A stretch of 64,000 nt of DNA from the human T2T-CHM13v2.0 reference genome, Homo sapiens, in the NCBI RefSeq assembly GCF_009914755.1, contig NC_060940.1. One strand, 5' to 3'. Positions 1 to 17,064 of the stretch are shown piece by piece (position 1 is the stretch's first letter; each line of letters begins with the position of its first letter). Under the pieces are notes generated by a model. The model was not told the origin of the DNA and searched no databases. It saw only the letters and a program-made list of their open reading frames with translations. The position numbers and the translations under genes are program-made.

Positions 1-1130
1 GGGCCTTGAGGCTAGCTGGGAAACTAATTTGGAAGTTGAGACAAGAATTTATAAAAGCCGGAATCAGGGCTGTAGCATAGAGATGCGAGGAAGAGCTAAA
101 TGCATGAAGAGCCAATGAGATGGATGCTAGGGTCTGTGGAGAGTGAAGGAGAGGAGTCTAGGACAATCTCACGTTTCTGACTTGGTGAACCACTACTAGC
201 TAAGGGAGAGGACCCTGGAGGATAAGAGTGGGTTTCCTGGTGCAGGGAGTGGCAGGTGGGTGTGCAATATGATGTATCAAGGAGCCTGGGAAACAGCCCA
301 GTGGAGCTGTCCAGTTGACAGCTGCTTTTAAGTGGTGAGGACACTATATTTTTTCACCACTGTATCCTTAGCACCTAGCTCAGAGCACTGAAAATATTTG
401 TTGGATGCATGGATGAATGGATGGATGGACAGACAGATGAACAGACGGATGGACAGATGGACGGATGGATGGATGGATGGTTGGACAGATGGATGGACGG
501 ATGGATGGATGGACAGATGCAGGGATGGATGGATGGATGGATGGATGGATGGATGGATGGATGCATGGATGGATGGATGGATGGATGGATGGACGGATGC
601 ATGGATGGACGGATGCATGGATGGATGGATGGATGAATGGATAGATGGCTGGATGGTTGGATGGATGCATGGATTGACGGATGGATGGATAAATGGATGG
701 ATGGATAAATGGATGGATAGATGCATGTTTAAGGAAGAAACCAATAATAGAGATATCAATTTGGGGTTTGTAAATCACAGGTGATGGCTGAGGCATGGAA
801 ATGGGTAAGCATGTAGAATGAGGGCTCAGGAAATATCATAATTTGAGAAGAAGAAAGGAGACTAGAGATCTGAGCAGGAAGAGTCAAAGATTCAAAGAGG
901 CATTGATGAGGTGAGGGTTGGGCATGGACAACATGAGAGAGTGGAGTCTCAGATCTGGGGAGAGGGGAAATTTCAGGGAAGGAGAAAGCCATGGTCTGAA
1001 ATGCTGCCTGTCAAGAAATCTATGGGGAAAGCCATGCATGGTTCTGTGACAGTGGAGATCATTTTTGGGGTAGAGGCAGACGCCAGGTCCCAGTGGGGTG
1101 AGGGGTTAATGGATAATGGAGATGAAGGTG
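1..1130. mobile_element. Degraded L2 LINE fragments flanking the TGGA repeat
   Basis: L2 3'-end motif cactgtatccttagcacctagc...aaatatttgttgga at about 356-405; purine-rich L2-antisense-like sequence on both sides. Confidence 0.55.
402..726. repeat. (TGGA)n / (GGAT)n tetranucleotide microsatellite, imperfect
   Basis: About 320 bp of GGAT/GGAC/GCAT units; explains the HPSI/MDGW ORFs. Confidence 0.97.
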
Positions 1131-1132
1131 GT

Positions 1133-1520
1133 GGTGTAGATTGGATTTCCCAAGAATCACATTCTGAGGTGCAGATCTGAGTGGAGGTGGCTTATTGGAA
1201 AATATCCTCAGAGTACATTGATAAGGGAGGAAGGGAGGCAGGACAGGGCAGAGGGAGAAGTTGAGCTGCAGTGAGGTCGCAACAGAGGCCTCAGCCAACC
1301 TCTCAGGGAGCTGTGCAGCTGGGATGTCCCTCAAATATGCTCTGCACCCAAGGAAGGACAGGGACCACCCCACTGACCAAGCACTGGATTTAGGCTGTGG
1401 ATTTAGGGGAATTGTCCTTCCTCTGGCTAAGGACAATTCCTTTTGGGGAGACTCAGCTGGGAGCTGGCTGCCACACTCTCCCAGCAGTCAGGCAGTGAAT
1501 GCCTCCACCCTGCAAGGAGG
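1133..1520. mobile_element. Old ERVL-type LTR (LTR33-like)
   Basis: tgtagattggatttcccaagaatcacattctgag...cttattggaa...gagaagttgagctgcagtg resembles the recalled LTR33 consensus. Confidence 0.5.
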
Positions 1521-1935
1521 TCGGGTGCGCCCCACAGGGAGTGGCAAGTGTAAACTGTCAGGAACTGATCAGTGGAGGGAAAGAAGGGAAGCCAGTGCAG
1601 CAGCTAGAGGGAGACAGAGGTCAGAAAAGCCTTTGTGTGTAGCTCTAGTTCATAGTTTGAGAAACACTGCAGTGTGATCTTAGGCTGGGAGAAGAAGCCC
1701 CTAGAGAGTGAGAATGAAGACCCAAGAGTGAGGATAGACCTGCCACACTTTCTGTTTAACCCCCAGAGCTTAGAACACTGCCTGGCACACATTTGCACTT
1801 AAGAAATATCTGCGGAATGGCTGAATCCAGGAGTACATTCCAGACATTTTAACACTGAATAGCAGAAACAGAGTGCCGATATTTAGCTCCATGAAGAAAT
1901 ACATACGCATTTAAATATAGGAATGTACTTGAAGT

Positions 1936-2237
1936 TGGGCACAGTGGCTCACACCTGTAATTCCAGCACTTTCGGAGGTCAAGGCAGGAGGATTGCTTGA
2001 GTCCAGGAGTTAGAGATCAGCCTGGGCAACAGAGTGAGATCCCCATCTCTACAAAAACTACAAAAATTAGCCAGATGTGGTGGTGCACACCTATAGTCCA
2101 AGATACTTGGGAGGATGAGGTGGGAGGATGGCTTGAGTCTGGGAGGTCAAGGCTGCAGTGAGCTATGATTTTGCCACTGCACTACAGCCTGGGCAACAGA
2201 GCAAGACCCTGACTCTTTCAAAAAAAAAAAAAAAAAG
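1936..2237 (+). mobile_element. AluJ-like SINE
   Basis: Two-arm Alu with A-tail; aggtcaaggctgcagtgagctatgat is J-type. Confidence 0.9.
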
Positions 2238-2565
2238 TACTTATAAGGGGAACCAAGACACTCAAATACTGCCACACCACCGTTATAATCTGTAGTGCAT
2301 TCACAATTTCATGGAAGCCCACAGAAGCCAAGAAATTCCCTCCAGCCCCTAATCCTCCATCTCAACTTCAACCACGGCTTCTTTCATGTAATGTTGGTCC
2401 ATGTTTTTCCATAAGAACCCATTTATATAAAGACTTTTATGATTCCTTAAAACAACTTTGTTGAGGTAGAAATGACATGATAAACTACACATACATGTAC
2501 AATTTGAAGAGTTTTGACACAGGCATAACCGATGAAACCATTACAGGAGAACGAACATACCCATC

Positions 2566-2921
2566 TGTATTAGTCCATTTGCACACTGCTGATAAAGACA
2601 TACCCGAGACTGGGTAGTTTATAAAGGAAACAGGTTTAATGGACTCACAGTTCCACATGGCTGGGGAGGCCTCACAATCATGGCAGAAGAGCACAGAGAC
2701 ATCTTACATGGCGGCCGGCAAAGAATGAGAACACAGTGAAAGGGGGAACCATATAAAATCATTAGATCTCGTGAGACTTATTCACCACCTCGAGAACAGT
2801 ATGGAGGAAACTGCCCCTGTGATTCGATTATCTCCCACCAGGTCCCTCCCACAGCACATGGGAGTTATGAGAGCTACAATTCAAGATGAGATTTGGGTGG
2901 GGACACAGCCAAACCATATCA
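2566..2921 (-). mobile_element. THE1 (MaLR) solo LTR
   Basis: Termini TGTATTAGTCC...CCAAACCATATCA (TG..CA) with 5-bp TSD CCATC at 2561-2565 and 2922-2926; inserted in an old L1 fragment. Confidence 0.93.
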
Positions 2922-3357
2922 CCATCGCCCCGAGAAATTTCCTTCTTCCCCTCTGTGACCCCTCCCTCCTGCCTTTCCCATCCCCAGGCAAACATATATC
3001 CATCACAAGAAATTTGTTCCCGGATTCTACATTTGTATGTAAATGAATCAGAGTATGTACTTTTTGTGTGTCTGGCTTCTTCCCTTGGCAAAATTATTTT
3101 GGAATTTTTTTTTTTTTTTTGAGACAGAGTTTCACTCTTGTTGCCCAGGCTGGAGTGCAATGGTTAATTTTGTATTTTTAGTAGAAATGGGGTTTCTCCA
3201 TGTTGATCAGGCTGGTCTCGAACTTCCGACCTCAAGCGATCCATCCGCCTTGGCCTCCCAAAGGACTGGGATTACAGGCGTGAGCCACTGCGCCTGGCCT
3301 GTTTTTTACGTTTGAAAGTATCTAACAGAGAAAAGCCTCAAGAGAGTGCTTTGTTCA

Positions 3358-3567
<210 letters not shown>

Positions 3568-3844
3568 TCAAAAAAAAAAAAAAAAAGAGAGAGAGAGAAG
3601 AAGGATTATATTTAATTGAAATTCTCATAATAACCAGGTTGATGGCAAATGGGCTGTTAGTCAAGCTGGAGGGCTCCAGAGAAGGATTTACCTTTGTTAG
3701 CAGACAGTTGCTTTGAATTCACGTTTCTTCCTGGAGGGTTTTAGCAACTTCTGAGTGGGAATGGGAATGGGAGAGTTTGAAGGTTTTTCCTTCCAGTTCC
3801 CTGGACTCTGGAGATGGTACCTCACAGGGAGACGCTATGGGTCA

Positions 3845-4045
3845 AAGGGCAGTATTTTCTGTAAAGGGCCAGGTAGTAAATATTTTAGGCTTTGCAGGCC
3901 ATGTGGTCTCTGTCACAGGTATTCAGCTCTACCATTGTTGCACAAAAAGAGCCAGAGATGACAGGTAAACAAATGAACATGGATGTGTTCCAATAAAACT
4001 TTATTGATAAAAACAAGCAGTGGGCCAGATCCGGCCTGGCAGATG
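3845..4045. mobile_element. MER58-like hAT-Charlie DNA transposon
   Basis: ttttctgtaaagggccaggtagtaaatattttaggctttgcaggcc...gtgttccaataaaactttatt matches the recalled MER58A. Confidence 0.8.
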
Positions 4046-4204
4046 GAGAGAATGGTTTGCTCGCCTTTGCTTTAGTCAATGGAATGTCACTAAAGCCTCC
4101 CCTCTACTATTTATTATGGATGTGGGTGATTATGATAATGAAAGTTGTAGAATTTAGACGACATTAGAGACGATGATATAATATGTAACCCATGAAATAT
4201 TTGA

Positions 4205-4849
<645 letters not shown>

Positions 4850-5354
4850 TTAGAGCCAGGCTTGCATTAAGGTCTAGGCTGTAGCCACATCAACAGACAC
4901 CATGAGAACAGACATTTCCTAAGGTGTAGCCAACAGGTCCCATATCTGCCTTCTCTGTTTTATTCTAACTCCCCGTGGGCTTTGGCTATGTGGGGACAGG
5001 AAGGCCCTGGGACTGAAAACCAGATGCTTTTCACTATCAGGTGATCATCCTGCTGGGCAAAACACCTGCAAGATGCAGCGACCAACCCCGGATTCAGAAC
5101 AACTTCAACAGGTGGCAATTTATGATCTGCTCCCTACTAGGAATACGGAAGATGGTCATTAAAATAGTAGCACACAGTTATTTAGCACTTACGGAAGAAA
5201 GCTCAACAGTTTACAGGTGTTACCTCATTGAAGGCTCGCCACTATTCTGTGAAGGAGGTGTTGTTATTTCTCCCTCGTTTAGCGGATAATGAAGCAGATT
5301 TGCAGAGGTGAAGTAACTTGCCCACGTCACACACCTACTGAGCCGTGAAGTCTA

Positions 5355-5687
<333 letters not shown>

Positions 5688-5869
5688 TTAAGAAAAAAAA
5701 AAAGGTGTTCTGTGTGTCTTTCCTGTGCTGAGACTGGAGTAGCTGTATCCTTCTAGAGCAAGACAGCAGGGTCCTAATAGCAAAGTTTACCCAGCCCTTA
5801 TCATGAGCAGCCACACTTGGAAACAATGTGCATGAATGTTTTAGGGTGAAAGCCTGCACTGTTGTAACA

Positions 5870-6240
5870 AGTGACTCAGCAATAACACGGCTAAAATAAG
5901 GAAATTCATTCTGTTCCATGTCTCGGTCCACGGGGAGGCTCCAAGTCAGTGGCTTCTCTGTTCCAACAGGAACCCAGGCTGCTAGCAGCTCTACTGTTTT
6001 CCTTACACACAGCCTGCAAGGGGACTCAGTCACCATCCTGACCAAAAAGAAGTCAGAAAGGAGGGGAAGACAAGGGCAGGGAGCTCCCTCTTAATCACGG
6101 GAGGCAGAAATTGTGTGAATCACAGTCCCTTTCATTCCACTGGCAAGAGTTAGCCACAGCTAGACACAAATCGGGGCTGCCCAGTGCAATCAGCCTTGTG
6201 CCCAGGAAGGGAGGAGGGCAGGTTTTGCTGGCCATTTCCC
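5870..6240 (-). mobile_element. Old MLT1 (MaLR) LTR fragment
   Basis: ggaacccaggct...cattccactggcaagagttagccaca...cttgtgcccaggaagg resembles MLT1J/K. Confidence 0.5.
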
Positions 6241-6874
6241 ACCCCAGAGCATTATTTTATTTAATCCTTATAGCAGCCCTAATTATTTGACAAATGGGTA
6301 GACTGACACACAGGGCAGTGAATGGGGATACTTACCATAAGTCACGAAGTCAGTAGAGCCAGGATTTAGCTAAACACTGAAGGCAGAGCCCAGGTACTTA
6401 CCTACATGCCATGCAACTGCCCCCGCGCTGGAACTTGCCACAAATGCCCATGACAGTGGGTTATCAGTAAAGTCACCTGCTATAACCCAGATTTGTGCTG
6501 CTGGAAGTTTTTGGTCAACAGGCTTCCACGGGATCTTGTTCCACTCCAGTAATCTCCAAGTGTCTTGAAGTCACACTCCAAATTTTAACCTCTCTGCCAT
6601 GGTTGACCTACTGTTAAAGTGTTTAATGATTAATTTTTAAAGACCTTGTTGATTCATTAACAATCTACTATGTACTATGCACTAACTGGCAAGGTTTATT
6701 GAGATATAAACAGCTTGTACCCCAACAGAATCTACTGCCATAAATAGGCTTTCCGGTAAGGGTCTATTTTCATCAGAAGACACCTTTTAACCGATTATGT
6801 GGCTTTCGGTTTAGACATAATGTTTACAAGAGTTTTCCTAGGTACACAGGCTCATACAAGTTGGCCATAGAGCA

Positions 6875-8170
<1,296 letters not shown>

Positions 8171-8785
8171 CCATCTCTGGGTTCTTAACCCACACAGTCT
8201 CCTGCAGCTACTGTGGATGAAAAGCAAGCCAGGTTTGTGAGAACCGTGACTCTTGGGAGATAGAAACAAAACCAGAGAGAGAGAGAGAGAGGGAGAGAGA
8301 GAGAGAAAAACTGTAGTTTTCCCTCTTTGAAGCCACACTAAAGAGCAAGAATAAGCCTTGAAATCCTCAGAGTCAACTAAATGCCAGGTAGGCAGCTCAT
8401 GGTTAACTTAGGGGATTTTGGGAGAGCTAGGGAGGAAACTGATTGCTCAGAGAGACTGAGACTTGCCCAAGGGCTCACTGTTGCTAAGTCAACAAATGTA
8501 TCTTGTCTTAACAGGGACTCTTTCTCCCAGGCTTGCATGTTGCCTAGAAAAGCTTATTTCAGTTTTGAGGATTTGCTCTTTTCAATTCTTGCAACAAATA
8601 GCAACATTTGAGTTGTTAGGGATGTGGGTAGGCAAAGGTGTGTTATTAAAAGTCTGCAGAAAATCTAGGAAGAAATCACATCTTGAGCCCTCTAGGAGAA
8701 CATGCGACCCAGGAATACAGATTCCAAACAGAGCCCCGTGCATCATTTGACACACCCCACATTTTAGCTATTTTGTTGCTTTTGA

Positions 8786-11010
<2,225 letters not shown>

Positions 11011-12051
11011 TCCACCTCTCCTATTCTTTATAGCACTGAGGGTAAAAATGAAAAACCTGACAGAGAAACAATCGGAGGTGACAAGCCAAGGGTCGAGCAG
11101 GCCACATCTGGCCCTCAAGGATGCGTAATCATGAAACTTTGCAGAACTTCTCTAGAACAATCAGAAGTTCTGACCCCATTGGGCCTGTCTTCCCCCACGT
11201 GGAGCTGGGTCGTGGCTGTCCTCTTCAGCTGGGACACATGCTCTCGGGTCAGCCTCAGCTCCACCTGCCCGGCTTCACTCACTACCACGCCTCTTCTGTA
11301 GACACCCTGCACATGGCTAAGGCTCCCCAGACATTCCCAAGAAGTCAGGACTGGACCCCAGGTTGGCGAAGCAGTGCACCCTCGGTGGCACCCCACTGCC
11401 TTTCCTGGTGCTGTGGCCTCTGCTGCAGATCACAGATTCATGGCCTTCTGTCTGTCCCTCTTCTCCAATCCCAGCTGTTCCTTCTGTAAATCTGTCCCCC
11501 AGGGCAGGTCCCTCCCCCAAAGGCCCCATTCATACTGGTGTTGGTCAGTCACCCAGTGTTTGCTCACCCAGGCCACCCTTTATCCAGCCAAGCCACCCTC
11601 CACTGCTCCTGCAGGACTCTAGAGCCAGGTGGCCTGGGCTGAAATCTTGCTGTGTCACTTACAACCCGGGTGATCCTGGGCCGATGACTCATCTCCTCTA
11701 CCTCTGTTACCTCGTCAGTAAGATAGAGATAACAGGACCTAACTTCGAGGGTTGTTGGAAAGACCAAGTGAGTAAAGGCATGTTGTGCCCTTAGAGCCTG
11801 GCACGTGTTCATCACTGCTATTATTTCTGGCTACTCGGTGCCAGGACAGGGGCCTCAGCTGAGGGCCCCCCAGAGCCTGGCAGGCCCAGTGAAGGAGTGA
11901 GATGGGGAGGCCACGACTCCTCCCCAGTCAGCAGCTGTCCTGTGGCCATGGGGGCCTGGTGAGGCCAGATCTTCAGGTTGTTCTAGAAAAGTGAGTATTC
12001 TAGAATTATGTTTCAAGCCTCTTGGTTTGCAAATACTAGTAACTATTTTTA

Positions 12052-12407
<356 letters not shown>

Positions 12408-12528
12408 CTATGCCCCGCTGATGTCCTGGGCCCGATGTGGGCGCCTGGCCATGGCTCGGTCACTCCTGACGGTTTTTCAGGGCCTCAGACACCTCTTCTT
12501 CTTCTTCTTCTTCTTTTTTTGAGACTGA

Positions 12529-12681
<153 letters not shown>

Positions 12682-12729
12682 TAGTAGAGATGGGGTTTCT
12701 CCATGTTGGTCAGGCTGGTCTCGAACTCT

Positions 12730-13200
12730 CGACTTCAGGCAGACACCTGTTCTTTGCCATGCCTCTGTCTGAAGAGTATATGGAAAGGGGTTGCACAAGC
12801 AATGGTTGCTGTTCCTGTTGCTGCCACTGCGGTGAGGGCTGTGGCTGGACGTCCCTCCTGGCACTTTGCCTCTGTCCCCTCCATCCGCCGCCAGCATTTT
12901 TCCTCCCCTCCCCTTCCTCCAGCTCGTCCCAAGCCTGCCTGTCCCCAGCGTGGAGGCGGGACAGTGGAAGACTGGGTGAGTGAAGCAGGATGGTGCCTTG
13001 GGCTCCAGCGTCTCCCCAACCCCTCCATGCCATGGGTCCCCACGCAGGTGAGGACCCTGGTGGAGGACGGTGTGGGCAGAGCGTGGGACATGTCACCTTC
13101 CCCACCTGCTCAGAGTTCAAGGGTCCTGGGCTGGGCCCCGTTCTCTCTTCTGCCCTGGGGAGATCATTCACGCTTCCTTTAATCCCCGCTGCAGCTGAGG
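12730..13200 (+). promoter_or_regulatory. SLC5A11: Putative SLC5A11 proximal promoter (GC-rich, not a CpG island, no canonical TATA)
   Basis: Unique GC-rich sequence between an Alu (ending about 12730) and the first-exon donor cluster; C-rich tracts and a GGAGGCGGG GC-box-like site; TTTAATCC at about 13178. Confidence 0.5.
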
Positions 13201-13401
13201 CTGGAGTTTGGAGTTTGACCCGCTTGGAGGCTCTCTCAGCAGCGGGCATATAGGAGGAAGGGTCACTGCTGTCTCCGGAAGCTCTTGGCTGCAAAGAGAG
13301 AGGATCCCGGGTATCTCCCTCCTTACAACCACCGCCACCTCCTAGTGCCTTAGAAGCCACTGACAGCCCCCAGGGCAGGTGAGCCCTGCATCTGGAATAA
13401 G
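13170..13401 (+). other. SLC5A11: Non-coding first exon (5' UTR) of SLC5A11; start approximate
   Basis: Unique, ATG-free GC-rich segment ending in strong donor AAG|GTAAGA (13401|13402). An alternative donor CAG|GTGAGC lies at 13378|13379. Confidence 0.7.
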
Positions 13402-13879
13402 GTAAGACACCCCCCGCCCCCAAACAGGTAGCCACTCTCCAAACTGGGAAGTTGGTCTGGGGACAGGTGCTGGCAGAAGGACTCCAGCTGTCACCTGTGG
13501 GGCAGGGGAAGCTCAGCCCTCTCTGCAGAGAAAGCTTGTCATACACCAGGACAATGGAGTGTGTTTGTGGGGTGGGCATGGTGGTATGAAGCCAGCAGCC
13601 GGCAGCCAGCAGCACCGTACGTGGGTCCCAGCTCTTCCACTTAACCAAGGTCAGGGACATTGAGCCAAACATTTTGCCTCACCGAGTCTCAGGTTCCTTA
13701 TCTGTCAAATGGGAATATGAACCTCAGGCTGACCCACCCCACAGGTGTGTTACCCAGAGATAACGAAGGTAAATGTATCCACATAAGCATTAAAAAGCTA
13801 TAGGAATGTATTTACTACAACTGCAGCTGCTGTTAACTACAAGGCAAATACAAGTCTTCACTGGTACGTGTCAGACACG

Positions 13880-14050
13880 TGCAGAGAACTTTACGCCTGG
13901 ATCTCATCTAACTGACACAGAAACCCTGTAAGGTAGGTACAGCACCCCCTAATTCATGGACAGAGTCTAAGGGTCATTAAATAACTTGCTCAAGGTAATA
14001 CAGATAGTGAGTGGCCAAGCCAAGACTCAATTCCTGTGGCCATGAGCTCA
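13880..14050. mobile_element. MIR SINE
   Basis: aaccctgtaaggtaggtac...taacttgctcaaggtaatacagatagtgagtggccaagccaagactcaa follows the MIR core. Confidence 0.7.
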
Positions 14051-14066
14051 GCCACAATATCAGTGA

Positions 14067-14410
14067 TTTTCTTTTTCTTTCCTTTCTTTCTTTTTCTCTT
14101 TCTTTCTTTTTCTTTCTTTTCCTTTCTTTTCTTTGTTCTTTCTTTCTTTCCTTCTTTCTTTTATTTCTTTCCTTATTCCTTTCTTTCCCTTTCTTTCTCC
14201 TTCCTTCTTTCCTTCCTTCCCTCCCTCCCACCTCTCTGTTTCTCTTTCTTTTCCCTTTTTTCTTTCTTTCTTTCTTTCTTCTCTCTCTTTTATTATTTCT
14301 TTCTTCCTTTCTTTCCCTTTCTCCTTCCTTCTTTCCTTCTTTGCCTCCTCTCTCTCTCTGTGTGTGTTTTCTGTTCTCTCTCTCTCTCGTTTCTTTTCTG
14401 TCTTTTCTTT
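14067..14410. repeat. Polypyrimidine (TTTC/TTCC/CT)n tract, expanded tail of an antisense Alu (14410-14617)
   Basis: About 340 bp nearly pure C/T, leading directly into acagggtctctctgtgttgcccaggctg. Confidence 0.95.
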
Positions 14411-15289
14411 CACAGGGTCTCTCTGTGTTGCCCAGGCTGAAATGTAGTACTATCATAGCTCACCAGCATGCCCTGCTAACTTTTTTATTTTTATTTTTTG
14501 TACAAATGGGGTCTCCCTGTGTTGCCTTGGCTGGTCTCAATCTCCTGAACTCAAGCGATTCTCCCGCCTCAGCCTTGCAAAGTGCTGGGATTACAGGCAT
14601 GAGCCACTGCACCCTACCAATCAGTGGTTTTCAAATGGTGTTCTGCTGAATTATTCTGGGCAATAGTTGACAGAAGTGTCCTAGCCCATTGGGCATCCTG
14701 CAGATAGGACTTGGAAAAATGCTGTCCCTTTTTTGGGCGGTCACAGCGTGCAAAGGATCTATAGCAAAGGCTCTAAAAATCCCACATTTATTTGTTGTAC
14801 CAACATTTATTGCATGCCTGTTTTGGGGACACAATGAGAGTGACAGAGACATGGACCTTTCTTTATGGGGCTTGCTGTGCAGTGCAGACAAGGGGTAATC
14901 ACACACATCAAGTGTTACACTTGATTAGACTGTGATGAGAAGTTGTGTTTGCCATGAAAGCAAAAAGCTTGGGGACCCAATTTATATTGAGGCCAAGAGG
15001 GGGCTCCTTTGGGGATATACAGCAGGCTGACATCTAAAGGATGAGTAGGAGCTTGTCCAGCAAAGAGTGCAGGGAAGAGCATCCCAGGCAAAGGGAACAG
15101 AATGGCAAAGACCCTGAGGCCAGAAATCGTGTTCCAGGAATAAAATGAATGCTAGTATGTGGTGGGGTTGGAAGCACAACAAAGCACCCCAGCAGCATGG
15201 AGATGTTTTGAGCAGGAAAATGATCTGATCTGACTCATACTTAAAGATTTCTCTGGCTTCCGTGTGAGGGGCGGATTAAAAGGAAGCAA

Positions 15290-15790
15290 GGCTGGGTGAG
15301 GTGGCTCATGCCTGCAACCTCAGTGCTTTGGGAGGCCAAGTTGGGAGGATTGCTTGAGGCCTGGAGTTTGAGACCCGTCTGGGCAACATAGCAAGACCCC
15401 GTCTCTACAAAAAAATTACAAAATAAGAAGTTAGCTGGAGGCCAGGCATGGTGGCTCACACCTGTAATCCCAGCACTGTGCAGGGATCATTTGAGCCCAT
15501 GGGGTTGAGGCTGCAGGAGCTGTGTTTGTGTCACTGCACTTTAGCCCAGGCAACAGAGTGAAACCCTGTCTCAAAAAATAAAAAATTAGCTAGGCATGTT
15601 GGCATGTACCTGTGGTCCCACCTACTTGGGAGACGGAGGTGGGAGGATCCCTTGAGCACAGATGTTCGAGAGTTTGAGGCCACAGTGAGCTATGATGGCA
15701 CCATTGCACTGCGGCTTGGTCAAGGGAACAAGACCCTGTCTCTAAAAATTAAGTAAATTAAAACAAAAATAAAATAATAAAATAAAAAGG
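15290..15790 (+). mobile_element. Nested AluJ / FLAM composite
   Basis: Left arm, an inserted monomer at about 15440-15585, then the right arm and tail. Confidence 0.8.
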
Positions 15791-16235
15791 AAGGAAGAAT
15801 GGATATCGGGGAGGTAAGACTGGAGGGTCTTTCTCTAACCTAGACAGAAGTGATGGTGGCTCAGACAAGGGTGATAGCACTAAAAATGAGGGAAAATGTG
15901 TGGATTTATTATGTTTTGGAAGTAAGAGAGAATGGAATTGGGAGTGAATAGATTCTGGGAGGTGAGAAAGAGATGCTATAAATTCTTCGATGAGACATTT
16001 ACATACCAGGCACTCTTGGTGCTTAGATGTAGTGCCTGGCACATAGAGGTGCTCACAGACCACTTGATAAGTGAACAAATGGACTAATGCCTTATAGATG
16101 ACTCAGGTTTCTGGCAGGAGTGGCAGAGTGGCTGCAGCTGTCATTTAGTGAGGTGGGGAAGACTGGAAGAAGCACGTGCTTGGGCTGGAAAGCTTGGTCT
16201 GTAACTCGCACGTGTGAACTTTCAGACATCTATTA

Positions 16236-16760
<525 letters not shown>

Positions 16761-16890
16761 TCAGGGAACGCTGCCCTGCCCTGCCATGCCTAGAATTTAT
16801 TTCCAGATACCTGAAGCCGTGGCTCTTGCTAACGGACTAGGGGTGATCCTGGCCTCTGCTTCAGCCTCAAATCCTGAGATGTCTTTTTAA

Positions 16891-17064
<174 letters not shown>

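Noticed and set aside
328-796. HPSI/MDGW-repeat ORFs
   Set aside because: Translations of the (TGGA)n microsatellite.
5041-5111. Plus-strand exon-like segment (tatcag|GTGATCATC…AACAG|gtggca)
   Set aside because: Weak donor, 71 nt, peptide not recognisable, and no partner exons.
6328-6340. ATACTTACC, identical to the U1 snRNA 5' end
   Set aside because: The match stops after 9 nt and lies in a MIR; not a U1 pseudogene. It is treated only as a minus-strand donor.
11980-12006. Two TTCTAGAA motifs as a heat-shock element
   Set aside because: Two isolated dimers out of register; not three contiguous nGAAn units.
12710-13672. 320-aa minus-strand ORF across the promoter (longest ORF in the track)
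   Set aside because: No recognisable domain, GC-rich stop-poor sequence, and it ends inside an Alu. It would need Ribo-seq or PhyloCSF support.
13977-14649. Lys/Arg/Glu-rich and Phe/Leu/Ser-rich ORFs (also at 28345-28744 and 42770-43119)
   Set aside because: Stop-free simple repeats plus Alu sequence.
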